In this document: positions 52,305 to 64,000 of the stretch, piece by piece
Layout: every line of letters starts with the position of its first letter
How positions within the stretch are numbered: position 1 is the first letter of the stretch
Source of the DNA: Gnetum montanum
Lineage: Eukaryota > Plantae > Gnetophyta
Length of the DNA: 64,000 bases
Reading direction: 5' to 3'
NCBI GenBank assembly: GCA_015680685.1
Contig: MNCI01000596.1
Span: 539,559 to 603,558 of the forward strand
Notes under the pieces: model-generated
Databases searched by the model: none
What the model was told of the DNA's origin: nothing
What the model saw: only the letters and a program-made list of their open reading frames with translations
Program-made: the position numbers and the translations under genes

Positions 52305-52549
52305 GATCTGCTCTATTACTACTAATATACCTATCTTTATCCAATAATCCATCTTCACCTATGCATAAATGCTATGATGTCCTTAGATGAATGCTTCACC
52401 CTTGAAGGCAAATAACAATCTTCACTTCTTAATGCTTTACTTACTTCAAAATATTTAAAGGACATTTTTAAATTTTTAACTTTTTATTTTTTGTCACTTT
52501 TTCTTGATAATGTAAGATTGGTCAATCTAAGCCTAGGTTGGTCAACCTT
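51726..52549 (-). repeat. 5' LTR of SIRE-like element (partial, interrupted by element #4); includes (CT)n at 52262-52300
   Basis: Colinear with 33029-~33830. Confidence 0.85.
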
Positions 52550-55380
52550 TGATGAGCAGGAAGTAGTCTATACTCCTAACCATATGAATCACAGGCATGT
52601 CCATGTAACTTAGTCAAATTTTGTAGACTCATTCTACATAAGTGGCTTTTATTCTAGATAGTCAAACATTAGGTTACTAGTCATTGTCTTCCCAATCATC
52701 ACTTAAGTTAGTTCCATCTGTATGATGAAGTGTGATTGAGGTGTAAGATAAGATATTTGTATTTATAATACTATTATTTTTTATCTTTAAAAGTACTAAG
52801 AGATAAGGTAATTGAAATATTAAACTTTAATTATTAATGGAACTAATGGTAATCTAAACTATCCTAAATGTGGAGCATGTGTTCCCACTTTTTATACACA
52901 TTCTAAACTTATACAAACATTATTGGGTTACCAAGTATTTACTACTAGGATTACTAAGCATTAGAATATTATGCTCAAAATGGTCATACGAATATTACTA
53001 TGGAATAAAATATTAAATTTTTAAGTATAAAAAGTGAAGTACCTATAAAGTAAAATGCTTATAAGTAAACTGGAGACTAATCCAAGTATTGCAAGGGACA
53101 AAAGAAATCTTGATTATATTTTCATTATGTAAAAGTATTTAAGTATATCTTACACTCAAATAAAACTCCATGCAATTAACTTAATTCATGTTATGGGCAC
53201 TTAGAGGAAAATTTTCAAGAACTTAGTTAATGGAATAACCAAAGATGTCATGAATGTGGTTGGTATATACATTTATATAGGCTTAGGGAGGATCAACATA
53301 GACACATATGCACAAACACATCCAAGGATGCATTTATGAGGCTATGTCGGTGTAGATGACTTATTTAGACTTCATTATACCCCTAGGACTGATTAAAAAC
53401 TCATTCGTAAGGAAACAAAATGGGACAAAGTTTCTTAGAAAAGTTGGATGAGTATGAAACTAATTGATTGACTACAATAAATAGATAACTCTCAAGTGTT
53501 ATTTTTACATATAATTTCATGGATATAAAAATTTGGGCAAGGTACATAAAATATAGACAATCTTATAAAATTTGTAGGTGGTTGCTGGATGGAGTAAAAT
53601 AGGATAAGATATTTACATTGTACTTGGATGTGAAGGCTCTTGTGGCATGAAGGATCCTTCATCATGTCCTTACTTTATTGGAAGTTTGGGTTGCCTTGCT
53701 ACTGTTGCCAAAAATTGAAAAGCCTCTAGAAGTGCCTTCATTATTTTCTCTCATCATATTGATCATGGATGGTCTAGACAATTTTTCCTAGATGAGCTGG
53801 TTCTAGTATATCCAATGGGTAAGGTGACATTGGAAACATCTCTTTCATATTGATAAACTAGGTTGCAAATTGTTTACATTCAATGTTGAACATATAAATA
53901 AGGTTTTATAACTCCTAGTAGTCATTCATTATTTTGGCCATGTTCTTAGCAAATCATCTTTGATTTGTGAATTTTCTTTTGAAAAATTCAAGCTCCACAT
54001 TGGCTACTTCCAATTTTTGTTTTGTCTCTTTATAAAACTTGAACTTCATCTCATAGATGATGTAGGAGTTAGTCACCTTTTTCTCCATTTCTATTTTTGG
54101 TTTCTTCACTATTAGCATTGCCAAGTTTATATACTAAAGGTTGTTTAGTTCCATTTATTTTGTTATCTCCTTGATTTACAACTCTTTCAAGTGGATTTCA
54201 ACTTGATTGTAGGTATTAAGACCATCAAAGATAAGTTGCCATACATTGCCTCTTTGTTGGAGTTTCTAGAGGGCTTCATTCACTTTTTCCTTCACTAACT
54301 TTATTTCTTTGAGCATCCAACCTTGTCCTTGCAGTGGTTTTTAAGTCATTCATACTTTAGAGACTTGTTCTTCCAAGTAGTAATCTTATGTCTTTTGGAA
54401 AAGAGCACAAACCTCCTCCATTGAGAGATTTCTATTAATCTCCTTATATTTGGGTTTATCTTGGCAAGTTACTATTGCTACTAGCAAATGTATTTAATCA
54501 TTTGGTCCTTTTGTTGCTCAACATTCTATTGATGATGTTTCTTTTAGATTATCATATGATTTTCTTTGTGAACTATTTAAAGATCATGAATAAAAGATCT
54601 TATCATTGCTTTTGACATTAAAACATCAAAGATAATCATTTCTTTTGCATTCTTAGCCTTTTGAAATCTTGTTAAAGTTGTTAGAAAGCTTCATCCCTTG
54701 TAAGCTCTATCCTAAGAATGATAGGATCTAATAAATAGGCTTAGAGTTTTGCAACCTTAGTGACCAATCGTCAATTACTAATGGTTGCCTCCTTGAGTGC
54801 ATATTTGTAATTAGTAGGTTACCCTTTGTCTTAAGAAGTTGTGACTAGGTTGTTGAAATATCTTTTGAAAGATTGAAGATCTTTGAAATTGGTTGCCCAG
54901 CGCAACTAATCACTCCAACACTTCCTCATGCTAGACTACACTCATTCTCTTACTTTCAACTCCTACAGATGTTTGAACACTTGCCATGGAAGCAACATCA
55001 AGGATCGATGCTCTAGTAGTTCTCAATGCTTCTTCTATTCTATTTGCCACTACTTTTTCTACATTCTTATGGCTCTTATATGACATGACTAGGATTGTTG
55101 CTTCTTCTTCTTCTTCTAGTATCATACTAAAGGCTATTGCATTCTTGGAGATTTTGAAAAATGCTTATCCATAGATGAATATAGTGACTTATCTACCATT
55201 GGGATTGGAATGAATAGGAGCCTAGTTTCTCTGTGAGGAGAACAATGATGCTATTTTGACCCCTGTCTAGTTGATGATCCTTGAGATCTTGTTTAAGTGG
55301 ATCATGATTGATCGGTATATAGATAGTTCATCATCACTTCTGCAAGCTTGTCATTGCAATTGTTATTTCCTAAGTTTTCT
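52550..55380 (-). mobile_element. 3' end of Athila-like element #4 (3' LTR 52550-53377, PPT, accessory-ORF C-terminal half 53613-55380)
   Basis: TGATGA...TCATTA termini, rc PPT CCTAGGGGTA; FINMKEMFPMSPYPLDI is homologous to FINLKELFPALPCPWDV of #3. Confidence 0.8.
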
Positions 55381-57835
55381 TAAATGTTCAACAATTGCCC
55401 TCAATGTTGAAACATTCTAGGCTAGATAGATTCTGCCATTACCACCAATTACCCAAGCACAACACTGATTTTTGCATGGCTCTACAGGATGACATACAAT
55501 GAATGATTAACAAAGGCGAGTTGGTACTCAATGCTACCAACCCTAGTCAGGATCCTTTAAACATAGATGACACAAGGTATGTTATCAATGCCATTAGTAT
55601 TGATGACAACCTAGAGCCAGTGTAGCAACCAGTCATGATCCATATGTCCTTTAGCAATGCAGGGGCCCCCTCGGCCTCCTTGAGTTTGAGGCCCCTTTTC
55701 ATCATTAAAGTGCCACCTCGGGCATCCACAACATCCTTCGTGGTCATGGTGTCACAGCATGTCATGGTAGCAATAGTTTAGCTAGCCTTTGTCATTAGGG
55801 TGTCGCAACATGTTGACCCCTCATCTACTAAAGTCCAGTAGTGGGTAATGTGTCAATCCCTTCCCGCCAAAGAGCTAATCCTATTGGAAACACCAACAAA
55901 ACATCTAGGTGGCAACTTGAGAGGCCCAACGAATGTCTCAGGAACATGATGATGAAACAACATCAAGAGCAAAGAGCACTTGATCTACTAAAGCCAGTAC
56001 CCCTTTCCACTATCCCCATGGCCAAGGCATCTGAAAAGGCCATAAGTAGCAAACCACAACCAAGTACTAAGGCTCCCAAACAAGCCAAACAAACCAAGCC
56101 CAAGTCTCCTCTGCAAGAGATCTATCTCTTAGGCCACATGGAGGAGGTCAAGGCCAAAAAAATGGTGAACAATGGCAAGGGCTTCCTAGATGCATTAGCT
56201 TAGGTTAAGTAGGTGCTAAAGTAGAAAAAAAAAACAATGTTGAACCTATATGACCTTATTATCACGTAGTATGCCCACTACGAAGTGTTAGTTTGGATGT
56301 TGACCTCCATTCCTGTCACGAAGGACATCCTAGCAAATGAGCATTCCATCCACATTGTGATGTTGCCTCCCACATTGCAGGAATCAAGCTTAACACCCCT
56401 GGCATTTCATTACAAGGTGATTAAGGTCAACCCTAAAAAGGATCAAGTCATCACAGTGCCCATGTTCATCACAATACGTGTCAAGCAATGTAAAATTCGG
56501 AGAGTGTACATTGATGATGAGGTGGCAACAAACGTCATCCCATACACTATCATTGACAAACCAGGCCTTGTAGAGCAGATCAAATAGACAAAAACCACGT
56601 GTCTAAAATCCTTCAATGGGTCACGTGTCATTGTAAAGGGAACTATCATGATAGCCTCTGTGGTAGGGGAAGAATTCCCAACTACTACTAAATTCATAGT
56701 TGTAGAGGAAATGCCAAGCTTTAACTTGATATTGGGTAGGCCTTGGTTGGTCAAATTACTAGCCGTCTCCTCTCTCATCCACCAAGAAATCCACCTTCTA
56801 TATGAAGATGGTGAGGTTATTATCCATGGTGATAAGGTAGCCCCTCTAGCCATTAAATACATAGACATGGAGCAAGGATCATAGGTGGAGTTCCATGATG
56901 ATGCATCTGCAGTAAAGGACAAGGAAAAAACACGTGAGGCAAACCCACTCAAAAGGATAAAAGAAGTTAACGACCTCTTGGAGAATGCTTTGTGGGTTGA
57001 GTTACCCTTCAACATTGTAAGTGAAGGTCAAGTAGACTATTGCATAGTATAGTCTAGGCCCTACACATCCCCTAATCCACACCAGATTAGGAAGTAACTG
57101 CATGACTAAGGTACCCCCCTTAGCCTGAAATGCACCAAGTGCCTACCTGCCCTCACTTCTACACATCATGCATTTTATGTTTTTTTTCCTTACATTGCAT
57201 TTGTTTACGCATTTATATTTAGCTTGATTGTTTAGATTGTGTATTATTTTGCTTTGTTTACACATTTATTTGCTTTGTTTATGTATTCTACTTAGTTTAC
57301 ACATTTGCTCATTTAGTTTACCCTTTAGCAGTTATTATCTTATGCACAAAAACCTCAAAATACATAAAAATACAAAAAGCCAAAATCACAAAAAAAAAAG
57401 CATTATGTGACCCACCATGGCCCTAAACTAGCACCTCGTGGTCCAAAATGGCCTTAAACTACCACCATTAATCCTTCTGCTATGGCCTAAAATGGCCCTA
57501 AACTAGCAATATACATAGCTTGAAATGATCTGAAACTATCATCATGGCTCGAAATGACCTTAAACTAGTGTTGGCCCTCCTGTTATGGCCTAAAACTAGC
57601 ATGGAGCTCACAATGGCCTAGTTACACCATCATCACATAGACTTAACTTAGCATATTTAGCATATGAACTCATTGCATGATAGTTATAGCAAGTGCATAG
57701 CAAATAAACATAAAACACAAAAAAAATTTGCACATTACACATGTAGCAATTACATGCATTTGGGGTTGCTAAGGCAAGGTTCCTCATGAGCTCATAATAT
57801 CTATCATGTCTTTTATGAGTATCCTCGGACATCTA
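55381..57835 (+). pseudogene. Tat/Ogre-like gag C-terminus and protease plus downstream non-coding region (inverted relative to the rest of its element)
   Basis: FCHYHQLPKHNTDFCMALQDDIQ; RVYIDDEVATNVIP; FNLILGRPWL..AVSSLIHQ; T-rich non-coding DNA after ~57100 with short AAATGGCCYTAAACTA repeats at 57410-57605. Confidence 0.8.
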
Positions 57836-59720
57836 CTTGTACTGGATACATTCAACCTTTAGCAGTTGGTCCAATAGTTTTGAAGGTTTAAGGGGTAGTA
57901 GGGTATACTTTGAGTGATTCTTGTGCTCAAAGTTGGGCCTTGGTGTAGCTTGCACCATGTTCGTCGATGATGTAGGTTGGTTGGTTACTGTGCTAGGGTT
58001 GGCAGTTGTGTTGTTGGGTAGGGCCTTGGGTGGTCTAGTCATCTGCCTCAAGTTAGTCATTTTGGCCTTTTTTTTGCCACAGTTGTAGTTTGCTTACCCT
58101 TGTCTTTGTCCTTCTTGGCATGTAAGTTTTTATAGGCCACATAGGCTAGATTCTTGCTAGCTTTCACCATGTCCTGTATGCTCTTAGTTTGGGAAAAGGC
58201 TTGGCTCAGGGACTGCGGGGCCAAGTAGTATAGTTTTGACTTGATAAAGTTATTAACTACATCCTTGAAGATGGCCAGGAGATGTGTCTTAGCTATTCGC
58301 TCACAGATTTGATTTAGTGAGGTGCTCCAGTGTTGGATAAATTTCTGCATGAGCTCTAAATGACCTTGCTTGATTTAAATGAGTTGGTCAAGGGTGGTTG
58401 TAGTCTTCAAGTTGTACTTGAAGCACATGATGAACTGACTTAATAGATCCTCCAAAGAGGAGATAGATCTGCGAGGTACTGCATGGTACCAGTCAAGCAC
58501 CTTGTTGGTGAGTGACATGGTGAAAACACGTATGATGGCATGTGGCCATGCTTGTAGTAGTAGGAACTTAGACTTAAATGTCACAAGGCAGGCATTAGGG
58601 TCCCCTTCATCGTTGTACTTGGTGAAGTGGGGCAATGGGATCCTAGTTGGGAGAGTTAGTGGTGGAACATCAGGACTTATGGGATCATCTTGGTAGTAGT
58701 CCACCACATGAACTATTTTGGAGGAGGTGGCCTCGATCTACTTAACCTCTTGTATTAGGGTTTTAATTAGCTAGAATGCCTGATCTAAGCCTTGGGATGT
58801 AGCAGCAGGCTGCACTAGTTGTGTTACTCACTATGCCAATTGTATGACCCACAACTTGGCTACAGATTGTGGGACCACGCAAGGGGCTTGCTATTCATGT
58901 TGTGCTATGGGTAGAGTGTCCAGAGTAGGCCATGTGTGTGTGGGTTGAAACATTGCCAAATGTGCAGATAAAATAGGTAGGACATAAGGTGCCTGCGTTG
59001 TTTGGGCTTGGGAGACATGGATCATGTGAACAAAAGGCTGAGTAGGCATGATTACTACTAGTAGGGATGATTGGGTGGGTTGTGACATTTCCACGAAGGG
59101 CAAGTTAACAAGAGGGAGTGCATCTTGACATGTAGGTTGCATTTGGTGCATTGCTATAATAGGTGTTGACCTGGAAGGTGATGCTGAGGCTATAATTGTC
59201 TCAAGCAAGACAGGTGGATAGATTACGAGAGGGTCAAACTAGGGGTTGTCTACTAGAAGGAGGTGTGGAATGAGTCCTCGTGCTTGGAATGAGCTTCAAA
59301 CTCATCTTGCTCTTCTTGTAGGAGTTCCTTGTAGTTCTTTCCTACTTTATGCTCACCTGTTCGGATGAGTTGGGCTACAATCCACCAGTAGGGTTCGGTA
59401 AGTAGGATGAAGTCAACAGAGGAGGCAATATATTCCCATCCATTTTGGTGGACTAGCTCATAACCTCGTTTCACTTTCACATCGAAGTGATCTACAAATA
59501 GGCCTGCTTGGATCTTTGTGCAGATGAAGTTGTACTGTTCATCATTCAGTGCAGTATACTCAGGGTGTTGGCCACGCAACCTAAGGGACTACCTTGGCTC
59601 TACCATGGTAGGACTTGTAGGATGGTCAATCCTATTTTCTTGTTGGGTGGTTAGGACAATGGGTGTGCTTGGAACTGATACTGAAGGTTGTTCAAAATTC
59701 ATGGTGGTGATTGAAAGTTG
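57833..59720 (-). pseudogene. Tat/Ogre-like gag N-terminal part
   Basis: PHFTKYNDEGDPNACLVTF...FTMSLTNKVLDWY...ISSLEDLLSQF; YTLLPLKPSKLLDQLL. Confidence 0.85.
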
Positions 59721-61682
59721 CAAAAAAAAATGGCTAAGTTTGAAAATTGCAGAAAGCAGCTAACTCTACAAAAATGGCTAACTCTAAAGATTGCAAAAAA
59801 ATGGCTAAGTCTAGAGACTATGCCCTTTACATTAAGGGCAAACTACACTCTCTACTAAGAGCCTAGAATTTAGCTAAGTGTAGGAATGGATACTTTGAAG
59901 TTGTTATGTGAGGTTCCAGGGGAACCGACGATGGGGTCCAGTTTACATTAATCGGTTAGTAGACAATGCCTGTGTTGACCTAAGATCTAGCTATTGTTGA
60001 ACATGGCAAGTCCATAGGGGTAATGGATCTACACTAGCTTGAAGCTAGCAATAGTGACATAGAGAGCATGCAAAACAACCACCAATGAAGTTTGAAAGAG
60101 GGAAATGGATTGGCCCTCCTTCTAGCGTTAGAAAACTATAGCAATTAAAAATGTCAGTGGTTGGAACATCGAGGGGTTCTTGGATGCATAGCTTAACCCC
60201 ACGTCTGTGTGAGGGCTAGCTAGAGGTAAAGACAGGATGCCCGAAATGATCTTATCAATCGAATAGGGACTTACAAAATGCAAATGCCGAACAATGCTAA
60301 GTGTTGAGTGGTGTTCATAGTGTTAATGGTGTGAATAGGGATAAGATAGTCAAAGGTTTTTGTCAAAAAACAAAGGTGTCAACATATGGGTATGCATGAA
60401 AATAGCAGAAAATATAAGTAAAAATGCTAAAAATACACAGAAAGAGAGTGAGAGAGAACAGAACACCACCCCAACTAGGGTTGAGCATAGTTAACTCTAG
60501 AAGGGATGAGAAGGTATGTGGTGCACAATAGGTGTAGTGGATAGTGTAGTCATAATCTTGGGTGTGCTTGGCCATGAAGACTAATATTGTGCTATAGTGT
60601 TTATGCTTGTTTGGTTGGCTACCGCAGTGTGCAATGGGCTTCAGTGTCCTACGAAGAGCTATGATGCTGTGCAACCTTGCCAAATGCTAATCCAAAATTT
60701 GTCAATGCCTTGACTTGTCAAAATGCCAAATGTGCTTCAAATATTGCCAACGTTCAAATTTGCCAACACTTAAAATGTCAAGAGCTGGGGTATTTATAGG
60801 CCTAGGGTTAGTGTGAAATGCAAATCGACTGCCACATGGCAGTGGAACGGTTGGTACTATGCTGCACCCAATTATGTTCTCCACTAAGGCTAGTGGTGTT
60901 GTGCTCTACTCTACTTTGACGGACTCTACAAAACTACAAGGCTATGACTATTTTGCAAACTACATGTTCATGTGCCGAGAAGATTGCAATGTATCTAAAA
61001 AAATGCAAAAAATGCAACTTTGGATACTACAGTTTAAGACTACGTTATCCACTGTCTTGAGTGGGGTTGAGCATAGTTACAATTTGGGGTCAAAAAGGGG
61101 TACAAAAAAGATGCATTTTTGCTAACTACGCTTGATGGAAGTGTGTTGGAGCCAAGTTGAATGCCAATGCTACTTTGTAGAGGCCTTGAAAGGTTGTTCT
61201 GGTTTACTACACTCAATTATGCTCTGGACTAGGGGAGAGTGTAGTCCAATACTTAGAAAATTTTTGTAGAAAATGGTTGTGTGCTGAATACGCTCTCCAT
61301 AAGAGGCTGACTATGCTTCCAACTGGGGTCAAACATAGTCTCAACACTTAGAAAAAACTGCAGTGGTTGGCTTAACACTTAGAAAATTTTGCAAAACTGG
61401 CCTTTGTGTTAACTACACTTTTTACTAAGCTAACTACGCTTTGGGGCAGTGGAGAGCATAATTCCAACACTTAAAAAAAAATTTGCAGCTTCTTGTTTCA
61501 TGATGACACTTAGAAAAAATTGCCAAAAAAATTAGTTTTTGAGTTGACTACGCTCTTCACTAGGTTGAGTATGCTCTGGGGTAGTGGAGAGCATAGTCCT
61601 AGCATTTAGAAAAATTTGTTTCATGTTAACACTTAGACAAATTTGCAGTCGAGACACCATAGCCCAAATTTGGTGGTGTTTT
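59721..61682 (-). mobile_element. Probable long 5' leader of the Tat/Ogre-like element
   Basis: Lies upstream of gag; rc AACCCTAGGCCTATAAATACC (TATA) at ~60789-60809; degenerate ACACTTAGAAAA/ACTACGCT repeats at 61120-61640. No clear LTR or PBS was identified. Confidence 0.5.
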
Positions 61683-64000
61683 AAATGGTTCTTTGACATA
61701 CCTAAAAACGATTGTTCAAGATAACAGAAAATGATTTTTTGAAAAATTAGAAAAAAGTTCTTTGAAATGGCTCTTTGAGATACTAGAAAATGGTTATTCA
61801 AAATACTATAAAAATGTTATTCAAGATATCAAAAAATAGTTCTTTGAAATAACATAAAATTATTCTTTGACATATTAGAAATGATTTTTTAAGATATCAT
61901 AAAAATATTATTTGAGTTAATAAAAAATAGTTCTTCAAGATAATAGAAAATGATTATTATATATACTAAAAAATGGTTTTATGATATTGTAGAAAAAAAA
62001 TTTCTTAAAGATATTGGAAAAAATTCCTAAACATATTAGAAAAAGGTTTTTCAAAATAAAAGAAAATATTTCTTTGAGATATTAGAGAAATGCTATTTGA
62101 AATACCATATAATAGTTTTTGAAGATATCAGAAAAATTGTTCTTTAAGATACCATAAAAAAGTTCTTCAAAATTCTTGCAAAAGGTTTTTTAAGATACTA
62201 GCAAATGATTCTTTAGGATAATAGAAAAACGTTTTTCGAGATAACAGAAAAATGTTTTTTGAGATACTACAAAAAAAAATTCTTTAACATATTACCAAAA
62301 ATGGTTCTTTGAAATACAAGAAACAGTTCTCTAAGATACTAAAAAATAATTCTTCAAAGATACCATAAATGATTGTTTGGAGATACCAGAAAAAGGTTAT
62401 TTAAAATACTAAAAAATCATTCTTCAAGATTTTAGAAAAATGTGCTTTTAAATATGAGAAAATGGTTTTTCAAGATCCCACAAAGAAGTATTTCAAGATA
62501 CTATAAAAAAGATTAATTAAGATATCAAAAAAATAATTTTTTAAGATACTTTAAAATGGTTTTTCGAGATACCAAAACAAAGTTGTTAAAGATACTAGAA
62601 AATAATAGTTTAAGATGCTAGGAAATGGTTCTTTAAGATACCAAAAAATAATTTTTCAAAATATCATGAAATGATTCTTTGAAATACTAGAAAATGATTT
62701 TTTGACATACTAGAAAATGATTTTGTGATATATCAAAAAATAGTTTTTTAAGATATTAGAAAAAGTTTTTTCGAGATATTAGAAAATAGTTTTTTGAGAT
62801 ATAATAAATGATTCTTAAAGATACAAGAAATCAGTTTTTCAAGATACTGAAAAATGTTTCTTTAAAATATCAGAGAAATGTTCTTCAAAATACCAGAAAA
62901 TGGTTCTTAGATATATTAGAAAATAGTCTTTTGAGATAGTAGAAAATGGTTCTTTGAGATACCACAAAAAAGTTTTCTGAGATACTAGAAAATGGTTTCT
63001 CGAGATACAAGAAAATGATTATTTGAGATACCAGAAAAAAATTCTTTAAGATAATAAAAAAATATTATTTGGGATACTATAAAATGGTTCTTCAAAATAC
63101 TAATAAATAGTTCTCTAAGATACTAAAAAAGGATTCTTCAAAATATCATAAAAAAGTTCTTTTGAGATACCAGAAAATAGTTATTTAAGATATTAGAAAA
63201 AAGTTCTTTGAAATATCATAAAAGTTTCATGATACCATAAAAAGGTTTTTCGAAATAACAAAAAATGGTTATTTGAGATACTAAAAAATGATTTTTGTAG
63301 ATACCAGAAAATAGTTTTTTGAGATATTAGAAAATACTTTTTTGAATTACAAAAAAAAATAGTTTTTTGAAATATTAGAAAAAGTTTTTTCGACATACCG
63401 AAAAAAGGTTATTCAAGATAATAGGAAAAAGTTATTCAAAATATTAGAAAATGGTTTTTTCAGATACCAAAAAATAGGTTTTTCAACATATGAGTAAAAG
63501 ATTTTTCGAGATATCAGAAAAGAGTCTTTCGAAATACTAGAAAATAATTTTCAAGATACTAAAAAAAAGTTCTTCGAGATATTAGGAAAAGGCTCTTTGG
63601 GATATAAGAAAAATGGTTCTTTGACTTAATAGAAAAATGATTTTTTGAGATACTAAAATGGTTTTTCAAGATATCATAAAAAAAATTTCTCAAGATATTA
63701 GAAAATGGTTATTCAAGATATCAAGAAAAAGTTCTTAGATATACTCAAAAATGGATTTTTACGATACTAAAAAATGATTCTTCAAGATAATAGAAAATGG
63801 TTTTTGAGATACAAGAAAATGGTTCTTCAATTTACCAAAAAATGAATTTTTGATATATTAGAAAATGATTCTTCGAAAATACTAAAAAACGTTCATTGAG
63901 ATGCTAGAGAATGATTCTTCAAAATATTAGAAAATGGTTTGTAGAGATACTAGAAAATAATTCTTTAAGATATTAGAAAATAATTTTTTGAGATACCAGA
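61683..64000. repeat. ~23-bp tandem array (consensus approx. AGAAAATGGTTCTTTGAGATACT), roughly 100 degenerate copies, open at the window end
   Basis: Continuous head-to-tail periodicity with no unique spacers. Confidence 0.95.

Larger units (their letters stand above)
33029..52549 (-). mobile_element. Sirevirus (SIRE)-like Ty1/copia derivative with gag and env-like ORF but no pol; hosts three insertions
   Basis: LTR copies start at 33029 and 51726 with TGGATCAAAT..TAGAGGGG..TGAATAG (Sirevirus U5 signature, reverse complement). iMet PBS relic at ~51711-51721, multiple PPTs at 34337-34510, copia gag motifs. Confidence 0.85.

Noticed and set aside
56443-57015. 190-aa minus-strand ORF (longest in the track)
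   Set aside because: Antisense shadow of the plus-strand retroviral protease relic.
61645-61660. Possible Arg-type PBS of the Ogre-like element (rc TGGTGTCTCGACTG)
   Set aside because: Weak match with no recognisable LTR terminus adjacent.
61683-64000. CRISPR array
   Set aside because: Head-to-tail degenerate 23-mers with no unique spacers, no cas genes, and a eukaryotic TE context.

Overview
Eukaryotic (plant, large-genome) heterochromatin made almost entirely of old, nested, deamination-decayed LTR retrotransposons; no intact host gene. Left to right: 3' end of an Athila-like element (+) inserted in a second Athila-like element (-), itself inserted in a Galadriel-like chromovirus (-); a structurally complete Athila-like element (17118-30165, TSD ACCAA, one N gap); a very old relic; a pol-less Sirevirus-like copia element (-) that hosts three younger insertions (a non-autonomous Tekay-like LTR element, a CRM-like chromovirus with TSD AGCTT, and a fourth Athila-like element); a rearranged Tat/Ogre-like element; and a ~23-bp tandem array running off the window. 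The standout is the 5.9-kb non-autonomous LTR element at 37396-43284. It encodes no gag or pol. It carries a CCR4a/b-type (EEP) deadenylase reading frame (417 codons, no intron within the nuclease domain, catalytic motifs intact, 7 point stops, no frameshift), preceded by a 5S rRNA-derived Pol III internal-promoter fragment. All homology calls are by eye and from memory, not from database searches.
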